DNA from: an uncultured Mycoplasmatota bacterium
GTDB lineage: Bacteria; Bacillota_I; Bacilli_A; RF39; UBA660
Assembly: GCA_948467605.1 (NCBI GenBank)
Contig: CAOKET010000003.1
Coordinates: forward strand, 9,230 to 73,229
Reading direction: 5' to 3'
DNA: 64,000 nt
Made by a program: the position numbers and the translations under genes. The notes under the pieces are model-generated. The model had not been told where the DNA came from, did no database searches, and saw only the letters and a list, made by a program, of their open reading frames with translations. Shown here piece after piece: positions 8,546 through 20,125 of this stretch (the stretch's first letter is position 1; every line of letters begins with the position of its first letter).

Positions 8546-9223
8546 ATGAAAGATATTAAAAAGGTAACAGCAATAATTTTGGCTTCAGGAAATAGTACAA
8601 GATTTGGGAAAAATAGGAATAAAAACTTTGAAATAATAGATGGGAAAAGTGTATTAGTATATAGTTTAAATGAATTTGATAAGAATAAATATATAGATAA
8701 TATAGTAATTGCATGTAAACAATCAGAAATTAAAGAAGTTAAAAACATAATAGGAAATGAGAAACTCTCCAAGCACATAAATATAGTTGTAGGAGGTAAT
8801 TCCAGAAAAGAATCGGTATATAATTGCTTAAAAAATACAAACTCTGATATTGTAGTTATACATGATGGTGCAAGGCCTTTAATTAAACAAGAATATATTA
8901 ATAAATGTGTTGAAAATATTAGTGAAATTAAAGGGGTTACTATTGGTGTAAAATCAAAAGATACAATAAAAATAACCGATGAAAATAACATTGTTATTGG
9001 AACAACTAATAGAAGTAATACATGGATAATTCAAACACCACAGGCATTTGATAGAAAAATTTTGTTACAAGCACACGAGAAATATAAAGGTGATGTAACG
9101 GATGACTGTATGTTGCTTGAAGAATATGGTCATAAAGTTAAAATACTTGAAGGAGATTATACTAACGTAAAAATTACTACATATGAGGATTTAGAAATTA
9201 TAAGAGAATATTTAAAAAAATAG
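8546..9223 (+). CDS. ispD: 2-C-methyl-D-erythritol 4-phosphate cytidylyltransferase
   Basis: The N-terminus VTAIILASGNSTRFG is the IspD signature. Length 225 aa. Confidence 0.85.
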   Translation: MKDIKKVTAIILASGNSTRFGKNRNKNFEIIDGKSVLVYSLNEFDKNKYIDNIVIACKQSEIKEVKNIIGNEKLSKHINIVVGGNSRKESVYNCLKNTNSDIVVIHDGARPLIKQEYINKCVENISEIKGVTIGVKSKDTIKITDENNIVIGTTNRSNTWIIQTPQAFDRKILLQAHEKYKGDVTDDCMLLEEYGHKVKILEGDYTNVKITTYEDLEIIREYLKK

Positions 9224-9337
9224 TAGTAATTGATAGTATACATATTTGTTTGTAAATAATTTGATAAAGAAAATTAAAGGATTTTATAGATGAATAATAC
9301 TAAAACAAATATATTTTTATTTTAGAAAGGAATAATT

Positions 9338-10138
9338 ATGAGTAAATTAAAATTGTGTATATTTTCAGATATACATTATATAGATAAAAAACCAAATTGG
9401 ACTGTTAACCAAAAACTTACCGAATATTCTACTATACTTTTAGATAAGATTATAGATAAAGTTAATAATGAGATAAAACCAGATGTTTGTATATGCTTAG
9501 GAGATATGATACAGGCCTCTAAAAGTAAAGAAGATGATATAAATAATATAAAATATATATGGAATAAACTAAAAACAATCAATGTCCCATTTTTTTCATT
9601 AATAGGTAATCATGAGTTAAAGATGATGGAAAATAGTAAAGAGGTTTTAGAATTAATGGGATATGAAAGAAGTTGTTTTTCAACTGATATAGATAAATAT
9701 CATTTGATTTTTTTAGGAACAGAAATAAATGATAAAGATAAGTTGTATAGAACACAGTATTTATCTTCTGATGATTTAAAATGGATTAAAGAGGATTTAG
9801 GTTTAAATAAAGATAAGAAAATATTTATATTTTCACATTTTGGGATTGCAGAAGATGATATGAAAGGAAATTTTTGGTGTGAAAAGGATCCAGAAACAGC
9901 ATTGTTTAGAAATAGAGATGAGTTAAAAGGGTTATTATTAAAACAAAAAAATATAGTTGCAGTTTTTAGTGGACATCAACATTGGACAAAAAAACTTCAA
10001 GAAAATGGAATTTCTTATTATATTGTTGGTTCATTAATTGAAAATATAAATTCAGATGGAATTCCTGATGGAGTTTATTTTGAAGTTGAAGTAGATGATT
10101 GTAACTTAACAGTAAAAGAAAAACATTTGAGTATATAA
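9338..10138 (+). CDS. Calcineurin-like metallophosphoesterase
   Basis: Motifs CIFSDIHY, GDMIQ, GNHE and SGHQH are present. Confidence 0.7.
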   Translation: MSKLKLCIFSDIHYIDKKPNWTVNQKLTEYSTILLDKIIDKVNNEIKPDVCICLGDMIQASKSKEDDINNIKYIWNKLKTINVPFFSLIGNHELKMMENSKEVLELMGYERSCFSTDIDKYHLIFLGTEINDKDKLYRTQYLSSDDLKWIKEDLGLNKDKKIFIFSHFGIAEDDMKGNFWCEKDPETALFRNRDELKGLLLKQKNIVAVFSGHQHWTKKLQENGISYYIVGSLIENINSDGIPDGVYFEVEVDDCNLTVKEKHLSI

Positions 10139-10166
10139 TATATTTATTAAATAGTGTATAATATTT

Positions 10167-10625
10167 ATGAAAGAAAGTGAAATAAAAATGGAACTAATAG
10201 TAGGCGGTATAATAGAAAAAGATGGTAAGGTATTACTTGTACAAGAATCTAAACCAAAATGTTATGGAAAGTGGAATATTCCAGCAGGTCATTTAGAACC
10301 TAATGAAACTATAATGGAAGGTGCCATAAGAGAAATAAAGGAAGAAACGGGATGTGATGTTTGTATAACAGGGGTCTTAAGTATTGAGAATCTTTTATAT
10401 GATAGTAATACACTTATTTGTATAATATTTAGCACTAAATTATTAAGTGAATATCAACCATATAAGAGTGATGAAATACTAGATACTAAATGGTTTGAGA
10501 TAGATGATATTATTAATAATATGGATGATAAATTAAGAGATGTAGATATTATTAAACATCCAATAATAAATTATAAAAATGGTAACATATGTAATTTAGA
10601 TATTATTAATGATGTGCGTAAATAG
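10167..10625 (+). CDS. NUDIX hydrolase
   Basis: Nudix box GHLEPNETIMEGAIREIKEETG fits GX5EX7REUXEEXGU. Confidence 0.8.
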   Translation: MKESEIKMELIVGGIIEKDGKVLLVQESKPKCYGKWNIPAGHLEPNETIMEGAIREIKEETGCDVCITGVLSIENLLYDSNTLICIIFSTKLLSEYQPYKSDEILDTKWFEIDDIINNMDDKLRDVDIIKHPIINYKNGNICNLDIINDVRK

Positions 10626-10661
10626 AGGTATTATATACTTAAAGTAAAGAGGGATTGTGTA

Positions 10662-12521
10662 ATGAAGAAAGTATGTAAATATATTGTTTTATTAATTAGT
10701 ATTTATTTTGTTTTTATTACAAAATCTTTTGCAAAAGTTATTGATAGTGAATATGATTATTTAAATATTACTGAAATAAGTGAACTTTCAAATATAAAGG
10801 CAGAACATATATTACTTTATAATTTAAATGATAATAAGATACTATATAAAAAAGGTATAGATGATAAAATATCTATGGCCAGTTTAACTAAAATAATGAC
10901 TGCGATAGTTGCAATAGAAAATATTGATAATTTAGATGATAAAGTGACACTTAACTCTTTAGCATTTTCTAATATATTAGGATATGCAAAAGCGGGGTTT
11001 AAAATAGGGGATGTTGTTACTTATAGAGATCTTTTATATAGTATTATGCTTCCTAGTGGAGTAGAAGCAGCCCAGGGATTAGCAATAAGTATTTCTAGTG
11101 ATATAGATAGTTTTGTAGATTTAATGAATGAAAAAGCAAAAAAGTTAGGAATGAATAATACTCGTTATAGCAATCCAGTAGGAAGAGATGACGTTAATAA
11201 TTACTCTACACTAAGTGATTTAGCAAAACTTTTACTTTATGCACTAGATAATGAAGTATTTTATGAAATATATACAACAAGAAAGTATATTACTACAAAT
11301 AATTTAGAATTTTCAAGTACTTTAGAGTTTCCTGCTAAAAGATATGGAATAAATGTTGATGATATTATTGGTTCTAAATCTGGATACACTCATGATGCTG
11401 GTCTTTGTTTATCAAGTATTGCTGAATTTAATGGTGTTAAATATTTACTTATTATTACTAATTCATTATATGATAATGGATATCCTAATCATGTTATAGA
11501 TAGTTTAAATATTTATAATTACTATAAAGAAAACTATGGTTATCATAATATACTTAACAAAAATCAAGAATTATTAAATATAGATGTAGAAGATGGATTC
11601 ATAGATAAATATAATGTAATAAGTGATAAGGATGTATCACTATATTTAAAAAATGATATGGTTGATAAAATAGAATACAAATATAATGGATTAGATACAT
11701 TAAATTATAAAGTAAAAGATAATGAAAAATTAGGAAGTCTAGACGTAATTTATGAAGATAAAATTCTTTATACATATGATATTTATCTTCATGATAAGAT
11801 TAAATATAAACATACTAAATTAGTTATTTTATCTATTTTATTAATAATTATTATTACATTAATAATTATCTTAATTAAAAGAAGGAAGAAAAAAACTGTA
11901 ATTAATCTTAATAAAGAAGACATGAGTTTAGAAGAAATAACCGTTAAAGAATTTAAAAAATATTTTTATAGGGATTATAATAAACTTTTCCCAGGAATAG
12001 AAAAAAATACATATCATGAATTAAAAAGAAAGGAAAAAATTGGTATAACTCGCTTTTTCAGTATAAAAGTAAGTAATAATTATATTGGCTTTATGATAAT
12101 TAATTCATTAAATGAAAATCTTATAGTACTTGATTATTTTGCAATATTGCCTAGATATCAATCTAATGGATATGGTACTAAAAGTATAGAGTTATTAAGC
12201 GAAAAATTTAGTGGTTGTACTATATGTATAGAAGTAGAAAAAGATGGATTTGGTAAAGATGAGCAAGAAAATAATACAAGGAAAAGAAGAATTAACTTTT
12301 ATGAAAATTGTGGTTTTAAATGTATGGATTTCTATATTTATTACTATCACGTTTATTATTCTATTTATTGTTTAAATTTAAATATGGATAGTAATAGTGT
12401 TTTAGAAAACATGAGAAATATATATGTATCTATGTGGGGAGAAGAAGAAATATCAAAGAACTTAGAAATTTTATATGAAAGTGATAATAAAGAGGCAGAA
12501 GATGAAGGAAAAGATAAGTAA
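10662..12521 (+). CDS. D-alanyl-D-alanine carboxypeptidase (S11, PBP5-like) fused through a TM helix to a C-terminal GNAT-like domain
   Basis: Signal peptide, then the SxxK motif (SMASLTKIM), an S11 core, a TM segment (LVILSILLIIIITLIIILI followed by KRRKKK), then ...LDYFAILPRYQSNGYGTKSIELL..., a GNAT-like motif A. Confidence 0.65.
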   Translation: MKKVCKYIVLLISIYFVFITKSFAKVIDSEYDYLNITEISELSNIKAEHILLYNLNDNKILYKKGIDDKISMASLTKIMTAIVAIENIDNLDDKVTLNSLAFSNILGYAKAGFKIGDVVTYRDLLYSIMLPSGVEAAQGLAISISSDIDSFVDLMNEKAKKLGMNNTRYSNPVGRDDVNNYSTLSDLAKLLLYALDNEVFYEIYTTRKYITTNNLEFSSTLEFPAKRYGINVDDIIGSKSGYTHDAGLCLSSIAEFNGVKYLLIITNSLYDNGYPNHVIDSLNIYNYYKENYGYHNILNKNQELLNIDVEDGFIDKYNVISDKDVSLYLKNDMVDKIEYKYNGLDTLNYKVKDNEKLGSLDVIYEDKILYTYDIYLHDKIKYKHTKLVILSILLIIIITLIIILIKRRKKKTVINLNKEDMSLEEITVKEFKKYFYRDYNKLFPGIEKNTYHELKRKEKIGITRFFSIKVSNNYIGFMIINSLNENLIVLDYFAILPRYQSNGYGTKSIELLSEKFSGCTICIEVEKDGFGKDEQENNTRKRRINFYENCGFKCMDFYIYYYHVYYSIYCLNLNMDSNSVLENMRNIYVSMWGEEEISKNLEILYESDNKEAEDEGKDK

Positions 12522-12732
12522 TATTTTTAATATAATGTGTGATATAGAATATGGTTTTAAAGACAGTATGGGCAAAAATATTATTGATGATCCTAATGTG
12601 TTTGATGATAACAGATAACGATAATTGTCCTCTTAAATATTTAGAAAAAGTGTAAAGAGATAATATTAATATATTAATAATCATATTTTTATGTTATTAT
12701 ATATGTTAGTTTTTTAAGAAAAGTGGTGATAT

Positions 12733-13758
12733 ATGAAAACAGATGATTTTGATTATGAACTTCCTTTAGAACTAATCGCACAAACACCTCTTAGTAAAAG
12801 AGATGATTCTAAGTTATTAGTATTAAATAAAAGTAATGGAGATATTACGCATAAGAAATTTAGTGATATATGTGATTATTTAACTAGTAATGATGTATTA
12901 GTATTAAATGATACTAAAGTTATACCTGCAAGATTAATAGGGATTAAGGAAAGTACAGGTGCAGTTATTGAAATACTTATTTTAAAAGAAATGGAAAATA
13001 ATCATTTTGAATGTTTAGCAAAACCTGCTAAAAGAATACATGTTGGTGATATAGTATCTTTTGGAGATGGCATATTAAAGGCAAAATGTATATCTATTGG
13101 CGAAGAAGGTATAAGAATTTTTGAGTTTTTATATTCGGGTATATTAGTAGAAATATTAGATCAACTTGGTGAGATGCCACTACCACCTTATATCCATGAA
13201 AAACTTGAAAATAAGGATAGGTATCAAACTGTATATGCGGCTAACTTAGGTTCTGCAGCAGCACCTACCGCAGGACTTCATTTTACTAAAGAACTAATAG
13301 AAAAAATAAAGAATAAGGGTGTAGAAATATTATATGTAACTTTACATGTTGGTCTTGGAACATTTAGGCCAGTTAGTGTTGATGATGTTACTAAACATAA
13401 AATGCATACAGAAGAATATTATATGTCATCTGATGTTGCATCTAAATTGAATGCTGCTAAAGTTAAGGGTAAAAGAATAGTGAGTGTTGGTACAACAACA
13501 GTAAGAGTTTTAGAAACTATATATTCTAAATACGGATGCTTTAAGCCATGTCACGATGAAACAAATATATTTATATATCCTGGTTATTGCTTTAAAGCAG
13601 TTAATGCCCTTATTACAAATTTCCATTTGCCAAAATCAACTTTATTAATGTTAGTAAGTGCATTTAGTAGTAAAGAAATAATAATAAATGCATATAAGGA
13701 AGCAATAAAAAATAATTACAGATTCTTCTCATTTGGAGATAGTATGTTTATTTGTTAA
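12733..13758 (+). CDS. queA: S-adenosylmethionine:tRNA ribosyltransferase-isomerase
   Basis: The N-terminus [20 protein letters not shown] is the canonical QueA start. Length 341 aa. Confidence 0.9.
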   Translation: MKTDDFDYELPLELIAQTPLSKRDDSKLLVLNKSNGDITHKKFSDICDYLTSNDVLVLNDTKVIPARLIGIKESTGAVIEILILKEMENNHFECLAKPAKRIHVGDIVSFGDGILKAKCISIGEEGIRIFEFLYSGILVEILDQLGEMPLPPYIHEKLENKDRYQTVYAANLGSAAAPTAGLHFTKELIEKIKNKGVEILYVTLHVGLGTFRPVSVDDVTKHKMHTEEYYMSSDVASKLNAAKVKGKRIVSVGTTTVRVLETIYSKYGCFKPCHDETNIFIYPGYCFKAVNALITNFHLPKSTLLMLVSAFSSKEIIINAYKEAIKNNYRFFSFGDSMFIC

Positions 13759-13827
13759 AAAATTTAAAAAAAATGTTGTGTAAATATAAAAAAAAGTATA
13801 TAATTGTCGATAAGGAGTGGGTGATGA

Positions 13828-14613
13828 TTGATGTCTGGATTTAATAGAATAACAAAAGAAAGATATTTAGAAATAAAAGAAGAGGCAAAAGAATTAGCAT
13901 TAGAGAATCCTGAAAGAGAGGAAAAAGCAGCATTAGTTGAAGAACGTCGTAAGGATTTTTCATCTGAAGATGAAAGAATAGTATTTATTGGTAACCTATA
14001 TTTTAGGGATGATGATGAATTTTTAAAAGATTATAATATGTATAATAGAAATATTAAATTAATGGCAGATAATTATGATATTGATACATATATAGTTAGA
14101 TGTAAGGTATTAGAAATGGCTATGTTTAAAGAAGTAAAAAATATTTCTAATGAAATTATTCAAATGCCTATTATTAGTGAAAAAGAATCAGAAGAAGATG
14201 AAGTTTCTAGTGAAGAAGAAGTAAAAGATGATGGAGTACCATCTGATTTTGATGAAGTTATGGATTCATTCTTAGATGATTCATCAACAAAAGTTACTGA
14301 AATAAACGAAAGAAATGTAGAAATAGAAACTCTACAAAAATCTTTAATTGAATCTATAAGAGTTGCAAAGGTAAGTGTAAGTAGAAAAAATAAAGAACTT
14401 GCTCGCGAACGTAAAGAACTTGATAAAGAAAAAGAAGAGTTTGAAGCATATAAACGTGAAGAGATGGAAAACTTATCAAATGAAAGAGTACATCTAGACG
14501 AAGAAGAAGAAAGATTACTTGCTTTGAAAGATAAGATTATGGAAACAATTAAGAGTTTTGAAGAGGCTAAAGCAAATTTAGCAAGTATGTTTAATAATAC
14601 TAATAATGAATAA
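13828..14613 (+). CDS. Acidic, E/K-rich coiled-coil hypothetical protein
   Basis: The composition is low-complexity (EEDEVSSEEEVKDD..., KELARERKELDKEKEEFEAYKREEMENL). An RBS GGAGTGGGTG sits upstream. It lies between queA and tgt. Confidence 0.5.
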   Translation: MMSGFNRITKERYLEIKEEAKELALENPEREEKAALVEERRKDFSSEDERIVFIGNLYFRDDDEFLKDYNMYNRNIKLMADNYDIDTYIVRCKVLEMAMFKEVKNISNEIIQMPIISEKESEEDEVSSEEEVKDDGVPSDFDEVMDSFLDDSSTKVTEINERNVEIETLQKSLIESIRVAKVSVSRKNKELARERKELDKEKEEFEAYKREEMENLSNERVHLDEEEERLLALKDKIMETIKSFEEAKANLASMFNNTNNE

Positions 14614-15769
<1,156 letters not shown>

Positions 15770-15771
<2 letters not shown>

Positions 15772-15791
15772 TAATAATTACTATTTTTTTT
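15770..15791 (+). terminator. Rho-independent terminator after tgt
   Basis: Hairpin AGTAATAATTACT followed by a T8 run. Confidence 0.55.
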
Positions 15792-15833
15792 CATATAGTT
15801 TATTAGAAATTTAGAAAAGAGGGTACGATATAA

Positions 15834-16331
15834 ATGAATAAGCAAAGTTTATGGTTTATTACGTTGTTCAGTTTAATTTTAGTACTTAGTGTATATTATA
15901 TAACTATGCCAAGTGAAATTTTGGTAAGTAATAATGGAGATTTTACTAATACTAATAAATTACAAGCACAAGCAAAAGTAGAAGAAAGTGACATTTTAGT
16001 AGCACTTAGAGTAGCAAAAGAGGAACAAGTTATGTCACAAAGAGAGGACTTAGAATCAGTATTAACTAGTGTAGAAGCAACAGTTGATGAAAAAAATAAT
16101 GCATATGAACAACTAAAAGCACTTACATTAAATCAAGGTACTGAAGAAAAATTAGAGTCAAAAATATCTGAGAAATTTGGCAAAAATTGCTATGTAAAAA
16201 TAGATAACAATCAAATTAGAGTTGTAGTTGCTAGCGAAGAGCATTCTAAAGAACTTGCTAATGAAATAATGAGAAGTATCCAAGAAGAATTTACTGATAA
16301 AATGTATATTTCAGTAAAATTCCAAAGTTAG
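15834..16331 (+). CDS. Hypothetical membrane-anchored protein with an N-terminal TM
   Basis: A hydrophobic N-terminus is followed by a charged C-terminal domain. A good terminator follows at 16330-16349. Confidence 0.5.
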   Translation: MNKQSLWFITLFSLILVLSVYYITMPSEILVSNNGDFTNTNKLQAQAKVEESDILVALRVAKEEQVMSQREDLESVLTSVEATVDEKNNAYEQLKALTLNQGTEEKLESKISEKFGKNCYVKIDNNQIRVVVASEEHSKELANEIMRSIQEEFTDKMYISVKFQS

Positions 16332-16402
16332 AGCAATAGCTCTTTTTTAGTTGACTATTTTAAAAAAAAGTAATATAATATAAATCCAAATTGGGGTGGA
16401 TT

Positions 16403-17515
16403 ATGAAAAATATACAAAAAAAATTAGAAGAAGAAAGATTAAAAGAAAGAATAAAAAATAAAATTGTAGAATATACAATAGAAGCAATGCACAAAACAGC
16501 ACTAGGTGAGTATTTTACTGATGATATGGTTAAGATGAGAATATGTGCTAATATTGAATATATAGACTTTAGAAAAGTTTTAAATTGTGAATCACCAATT
16601 ATAAAGGATGGAATATTAAGCATAGATAAGTCTATATTAAATATGGATTCTCAATATGTAAAAGAAATACTGACATCTTTTGGTATTTACTCTGTAATTA
16701 GTGATTGTAAAAAGTTTAATGTTACTAATGATATGTTAGCAACTTACTTCTCATCACTAGCAGTAAATGGGGATAATTATAGATATATAGATGAATTAAA
16801 ATGCAATAGTTTTTTAAGACATAATTTGACATATAGTAATCAAATATCTATTTTCCATGAGTTAATAGGTGAAGAAGCAATGGCCGTTCTATGTTCTAAA
16901 ATTGATAAAAAACATTCATTCTACGATAATTTATATATATTAATTGATTATATGAAAATTCCTAACTCACTTGATAAAAAAAGTTTAAAGAGAATAGAAA
17001 AGTTAATGAATAGTATGTATAATGCAACTAATAATACTTTAGGAACAAGAAGAATATACGATTTAGTTAAAAACACATATTTTGGTAAATTCAAAATAAT
17101 AATAGACAAATTTTCAACTAAATATTCATTTGTAAAATTTTTTAAATTTTTTGATATGTTTAAAAAGAATAAATATAGTATAAGATATATAGAAAAAGAA
17201 TATGATATTAGTTTAGATAATATTAGACTATCATCTGAAGAAAAAATGGGATTATCAAAAATTTTAGACATACTATGTAATGCTGACCTTAGTATTAATA
17301 GTTATTCTGATATAGATTCAAGATGTAAAGAATTTTTAGAATTACAAGGTAAAAAGATAGTAAGTTCAAGAGAAGAAATTGTTAAAATAGAAGATTTAAT
17401 TGATATGTTACTTGTCACAAAATTTGTATCACCACTTATACAAAAATATGGCCTAGATGATAAAGATTCTAAAAGCATGCAAAAGATATTCCCATATATT
17501 TTAAAGAAAAAATAA
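16403..17515 (+). CDS. Hypothetical protein
   Basis: A long ORF with an RBS GGGGTGG. I recognise no motifs. The ORF track starts at 16391 on a TTG. Confidence 0.45.
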   Translation: MKNIQKKLEEERLKERIKNKIVEYTIEAMHKTALGEYFTDDMVKMRICANIEYIDFRKVLNCESPIIKDGILSIDKSILNMDSQYVKEILTSFGIYSVISDCKKFNVTNDMLATYFSSLAVNGDNYRYIDELKCNSFLRHNLTYSNQISIFHELIGEEAMAVLCSKIDKKHSFYDNLYILIDYMKIPNSLDKKSLKRIEKLMNSMYNATNNTLGTRRIYDLVKNTYFGKFKIIIDKFSTKYSFVKFFKFFDMFKKNKYSIRYIEKEYDISLDNIRLSSEEKMGLSKILDILCNADLSINSYSDIDSRCKEFLELQGKKIVSSREEIVKIEDLIDMLLVTKFVSPLIQKYGLDDKDSKSMQKIFPYILKKK

Positions 17516-17581
17516 AAGTTAATAGTCATCCTTGATTATTAACTTTTTTTTACACACTTATAATATAGTGGAGGTGATATT

Positions 17582-17995
17582 ATGAATTTTAAATGCATTT
17601 GTTCAACACTATTTATAACTCTTACCCTTACCTTAATCATATCTTTAATCCTTATGTTACTTGGAATTGATACTATACCATTAATTTCTCCAAATATAAT
17701 AGGTTTAATATTATTTGAAATAGGCTTAATTAATTTAGTAATATCGTTTGTAGCATTATTATATAGAAGTTGTGGTTGTAAATGTTATATAAAATGTTTT
17801 TCTAATAAATTATTTCTCTTATTTTTGTTTTCTTTATTCCTAGTAATATTTTCTATTATTGGCTTTATTATCTTTTTTAATACTACTATTAATATTTTAA
17901 TATTTTCTATAGGTATATTTTTAGTTTTAGGAATATTACTTACAGAAATAAGTATATTATTCCCACTATTAGGCAGAAATAATATTTTAGGATAA
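17582..17995 (+). CDS. Small polytopic membrane protein
   Basis: RBS GGAGGTG. Four or more hydrophobic helices. An accessory-like gene. Confidence 0.45.
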   Translation: MNFKCICSTLFITLTLTLIISLILMLLGIDTIPLISPNIIGLILFEIGLINLVISFVALLYRSCGCKCYIKCFSNKLFLLFLFSLFLVIFSIIGFIIFFNTTINILIFSIGIFLVLGILLTEISILFPLLGRNNILG

Positions 17996-18124
17996 CCATA
18001 ATTATAAGATATAATAATGTAACTTTTAAAATGGTAAAAATAATGTTTAAATTTAGTATATTAATATTAACTAAATTTATTGACAAATATTTTGTTTTGG
18101 AGGTATACTAAATTAGTATAAAAC

Positions 18125-18350
18125 ATTGATTGAGAGAAGTAATAATAATACTTACTTAAAGCGAGTTAGATATGGTGAAAGCTAACAGTAAAAGGTTATT
18201 ATGAATAACACTCATGAGTGCTTAAAGAAATAATAGTAGACTAAGCCGGTAAATCCGTTATCTTTATAGAGAGACTATATTTTTATAGTAAATTGGGTGG
18301 TACCGCGAAGACAACATTCGTCCCTTTGTAAGGATAATGTTGTTTTTTTA
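18125..18350 (+). ncRNA. T-box riboswitch leader of the gatCAB-aspS operon (probable Asn AAC specifier)
   Basis: Stem I AGAGA at 18133. The T-box sequence AATTGGGTGGTACCGCG is at 18291-18307. The terminator ACAACATT...AATGTTGT plus T7 is at 18312-18350. A candidate specifier is the AAC-A in gaataacactc. Confidence 0.8.
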
Positions 18351-18369
18351 TCTAAGAAAGGGTGATAAA

Positions 18370-18684
18370 ATGGCAAAATTTACACGTGATATGGTAATAG
18401 ATTATGCAGATAAACTATTAATTGGACTAACAGATGAAGAAGTACAGATGGTATTAGATGAGTTTGAGGTAATTGATAAAAATATTGATTTGATAAATGA
18501 AATACCTAATATAAGTGATGTTACTCCTATGACTCATTGTTTAGATAACTTTGAGTTTGAGTTAAGGGAAGATGTAGTAGAAGAGTCAACTGATATTGAT
18601 GATTTATTGCAAAATTGCGACTCTACTTTAGATAGAGAAGTAAAAGTACCAAAGGTGGTGGAAGATAATGGAATACATGAATAA
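18370..18684 (+). CDS. gatC: Asp-tRNA(Asn)/Glu-tRNA(Gln) amidotransferase subunit C
   Basis: MAKFTRDMVIDYADKLLIGLTDEEVQ...LDNFEFELREDVV is GatC-like. An RBS AAAGGGTGA precedes it. The ORF-track start at 18337 is upstream of the RBS. Confidence 0.8.
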   Translation: MAKFTRDMVIDYADKLLIGLTDEEVQMVLDEFEVIDKNIDLINEIPNISDVTPMTHCLDNFEFELREDVVEESTDIDDLLQNCDSTLDREVKVPKVVEDNGIHE

Positions 18685-20125
18685 AACTATTGAAGAATTA
18701 CATGAATTATTGAAAAGTGGTAAGGTTACATCAAAGGAATTAATTAATGAATCGTTAGAGAGATCTCATGAAATACAGGAAAAATGTAATGCCTTTGTAA
18801 CTATTATGGATGATGCGAAAGAAACTAATGTAACAGATAACTTATTATCTGGTATTCCTTATGGTATTAAGGATAATTATAGTACAAAAGGTATTTTAAG
18901 TACTGGTTCATCAAATACTTTAAAAGATTATATACCATTCTTTAATGCAACAGCAATTGAAAACTTAGATAAATCTGGTGCAGTGCCAGTAAATAAAACA
19001 GTAATGGATGAATTTGGAATGGGTGGTACAGGAACTACAGGACATACAGGTATTGTTAGAAATCCTTGGGATTTATCTCGCATGTGTGCTGGGTCTTCGG
19101 CTGGTTCTGCCTGTGCCGTTGCTGCTGGAGTTTATCCATATGCGACTGGTTCTGATACAGGTGACTCAATACGTAAACCTGCCGCATATTGTGGAATAGT
19201 AGGTTATAAACCAACATATGGAATGATTTCTCGTTATGGCTTATTTGCGTTTGCTAGTAGTTTAGATCATTGTGGAGTTTTAACTAGAAGTGTTAAAGAT
19301 GCTGCTATAGTAGTAGATAACATGAAAGGTATAGATAAAAATGATATGACTACTTGGGATTCAAGTAATATGCATTTATATGACTCAATAGATGGAAAAG
19401 TAACTGGTAAAAAATTATGTTATATAAAAGAATTATGTGATATCAATATGTATCCAAATGCTTCAAATGAATTAAAAGAACATTTAAGTAACTTTAATAA
19501 AGCATTAGATAAATGTAAGAGTTTAGGTATGGAAGTGTGCGAGGTAAGTATTGATAAAACACTACTTAATGCTTTGGCTTCTGTTTACGTTGTTATTTCT
19601 TGTGCTGAGGCAACATCGAACATGTCTAATTTAACAGGATTTATATTTGGACCAAGAGGAGAGGGTAATAACTATATTGACATGATGAAAGATTATAGAA
19701 CTCGTGGTTTTTCACCTTTAATTAAAAGAAGATTTATAATTGGTTCTTATGTATTACAAGCACAAAATAAAGATAGATATTTCCACAATGCTCAAAGAGT
19801 TAGAAGATTACTTGTTGATGAATGGAATAAGTTATTTGAAGAGTTTGATGCTGTAATACTTCCAGTTGGTTCTGGTCCTGCTAAACACTTAGACGGTTCA
19901 CTTGACATACTTGATTCAAATACTACTGCTCTAGAAGAACATTTACAAGTTGGAAACTTTGGTGGATTCCCATCAATTACAATACCAGATGGATTTGTAG
20001 ATAATCTTCCTGTTGCACTTAATATTACAGGTAAATGTTATGATGATATAAATGTGTTAAATATTGCCTATGCTCTTGAAGAAGCAATGGACTATAAGAA
20101 CAAAATAGCAAAGGAGGTAAAATAA
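18668..20125 (+). CDS. gatA: Glutamyl/aspartyl-tRNA amidotransferase subunit A (amidase signature)
   Basis: The amidase signature GGSSAGSACAVAAG...GSDTGDSIRKPAAYCG is present. Length 485 aa. Confidence 0.9.
   Translation: MEYMNKTIEELHELLKSGKVTSKELINESLERSHEIQEKCNAFVTIMDDAKETNVTDNLLSGIPYGIKDNYSTKGILSTGSSNTLKDYIPFFNATAIENLDKSGAVPVNKTVMDEFGMGGTGTTGHTGIVRNPWDLSRMCAGSSAGSACAVAAGVYPYATGSDTGDSIRKPAAYCGIVGYKPTYGMISRYGLFAFASSLDHCGVLTRSVKDAAIVVDNMKGIDKNDMTTWDSSNMHLYDSIDGKVTGKKLCYIKELCDINMYPNASNELKEHLSNFNKALDKCKSLGMEVCEVSIDKTLLNALASVYVVISCAEATSNMSNLTGFIFGPRGEGNNYIDMMKDYRTRGFSPLIKRRFIIGSYVLQAQNKDRYFHNAQRVRRLLVDEWNKLFEEFDAVILPVGSGPAKHLDGSLDILDSNTTALEEHLQVGNFGGFPSITIPDGFVDNLPVALNITGKCYDDINVLNIAYALEEAMDYKNKIAKEVK

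Noticed and set aside
12522-12732. Possible preQ1 riboswitch upstream of queA
   Set aside because: The intergenic sequence lacks the conserved preQ1-I core (AGAGGUUC...CCCUCUAUAAAAAACUAA-like). queA is not a typical preQ1-regulated gene.
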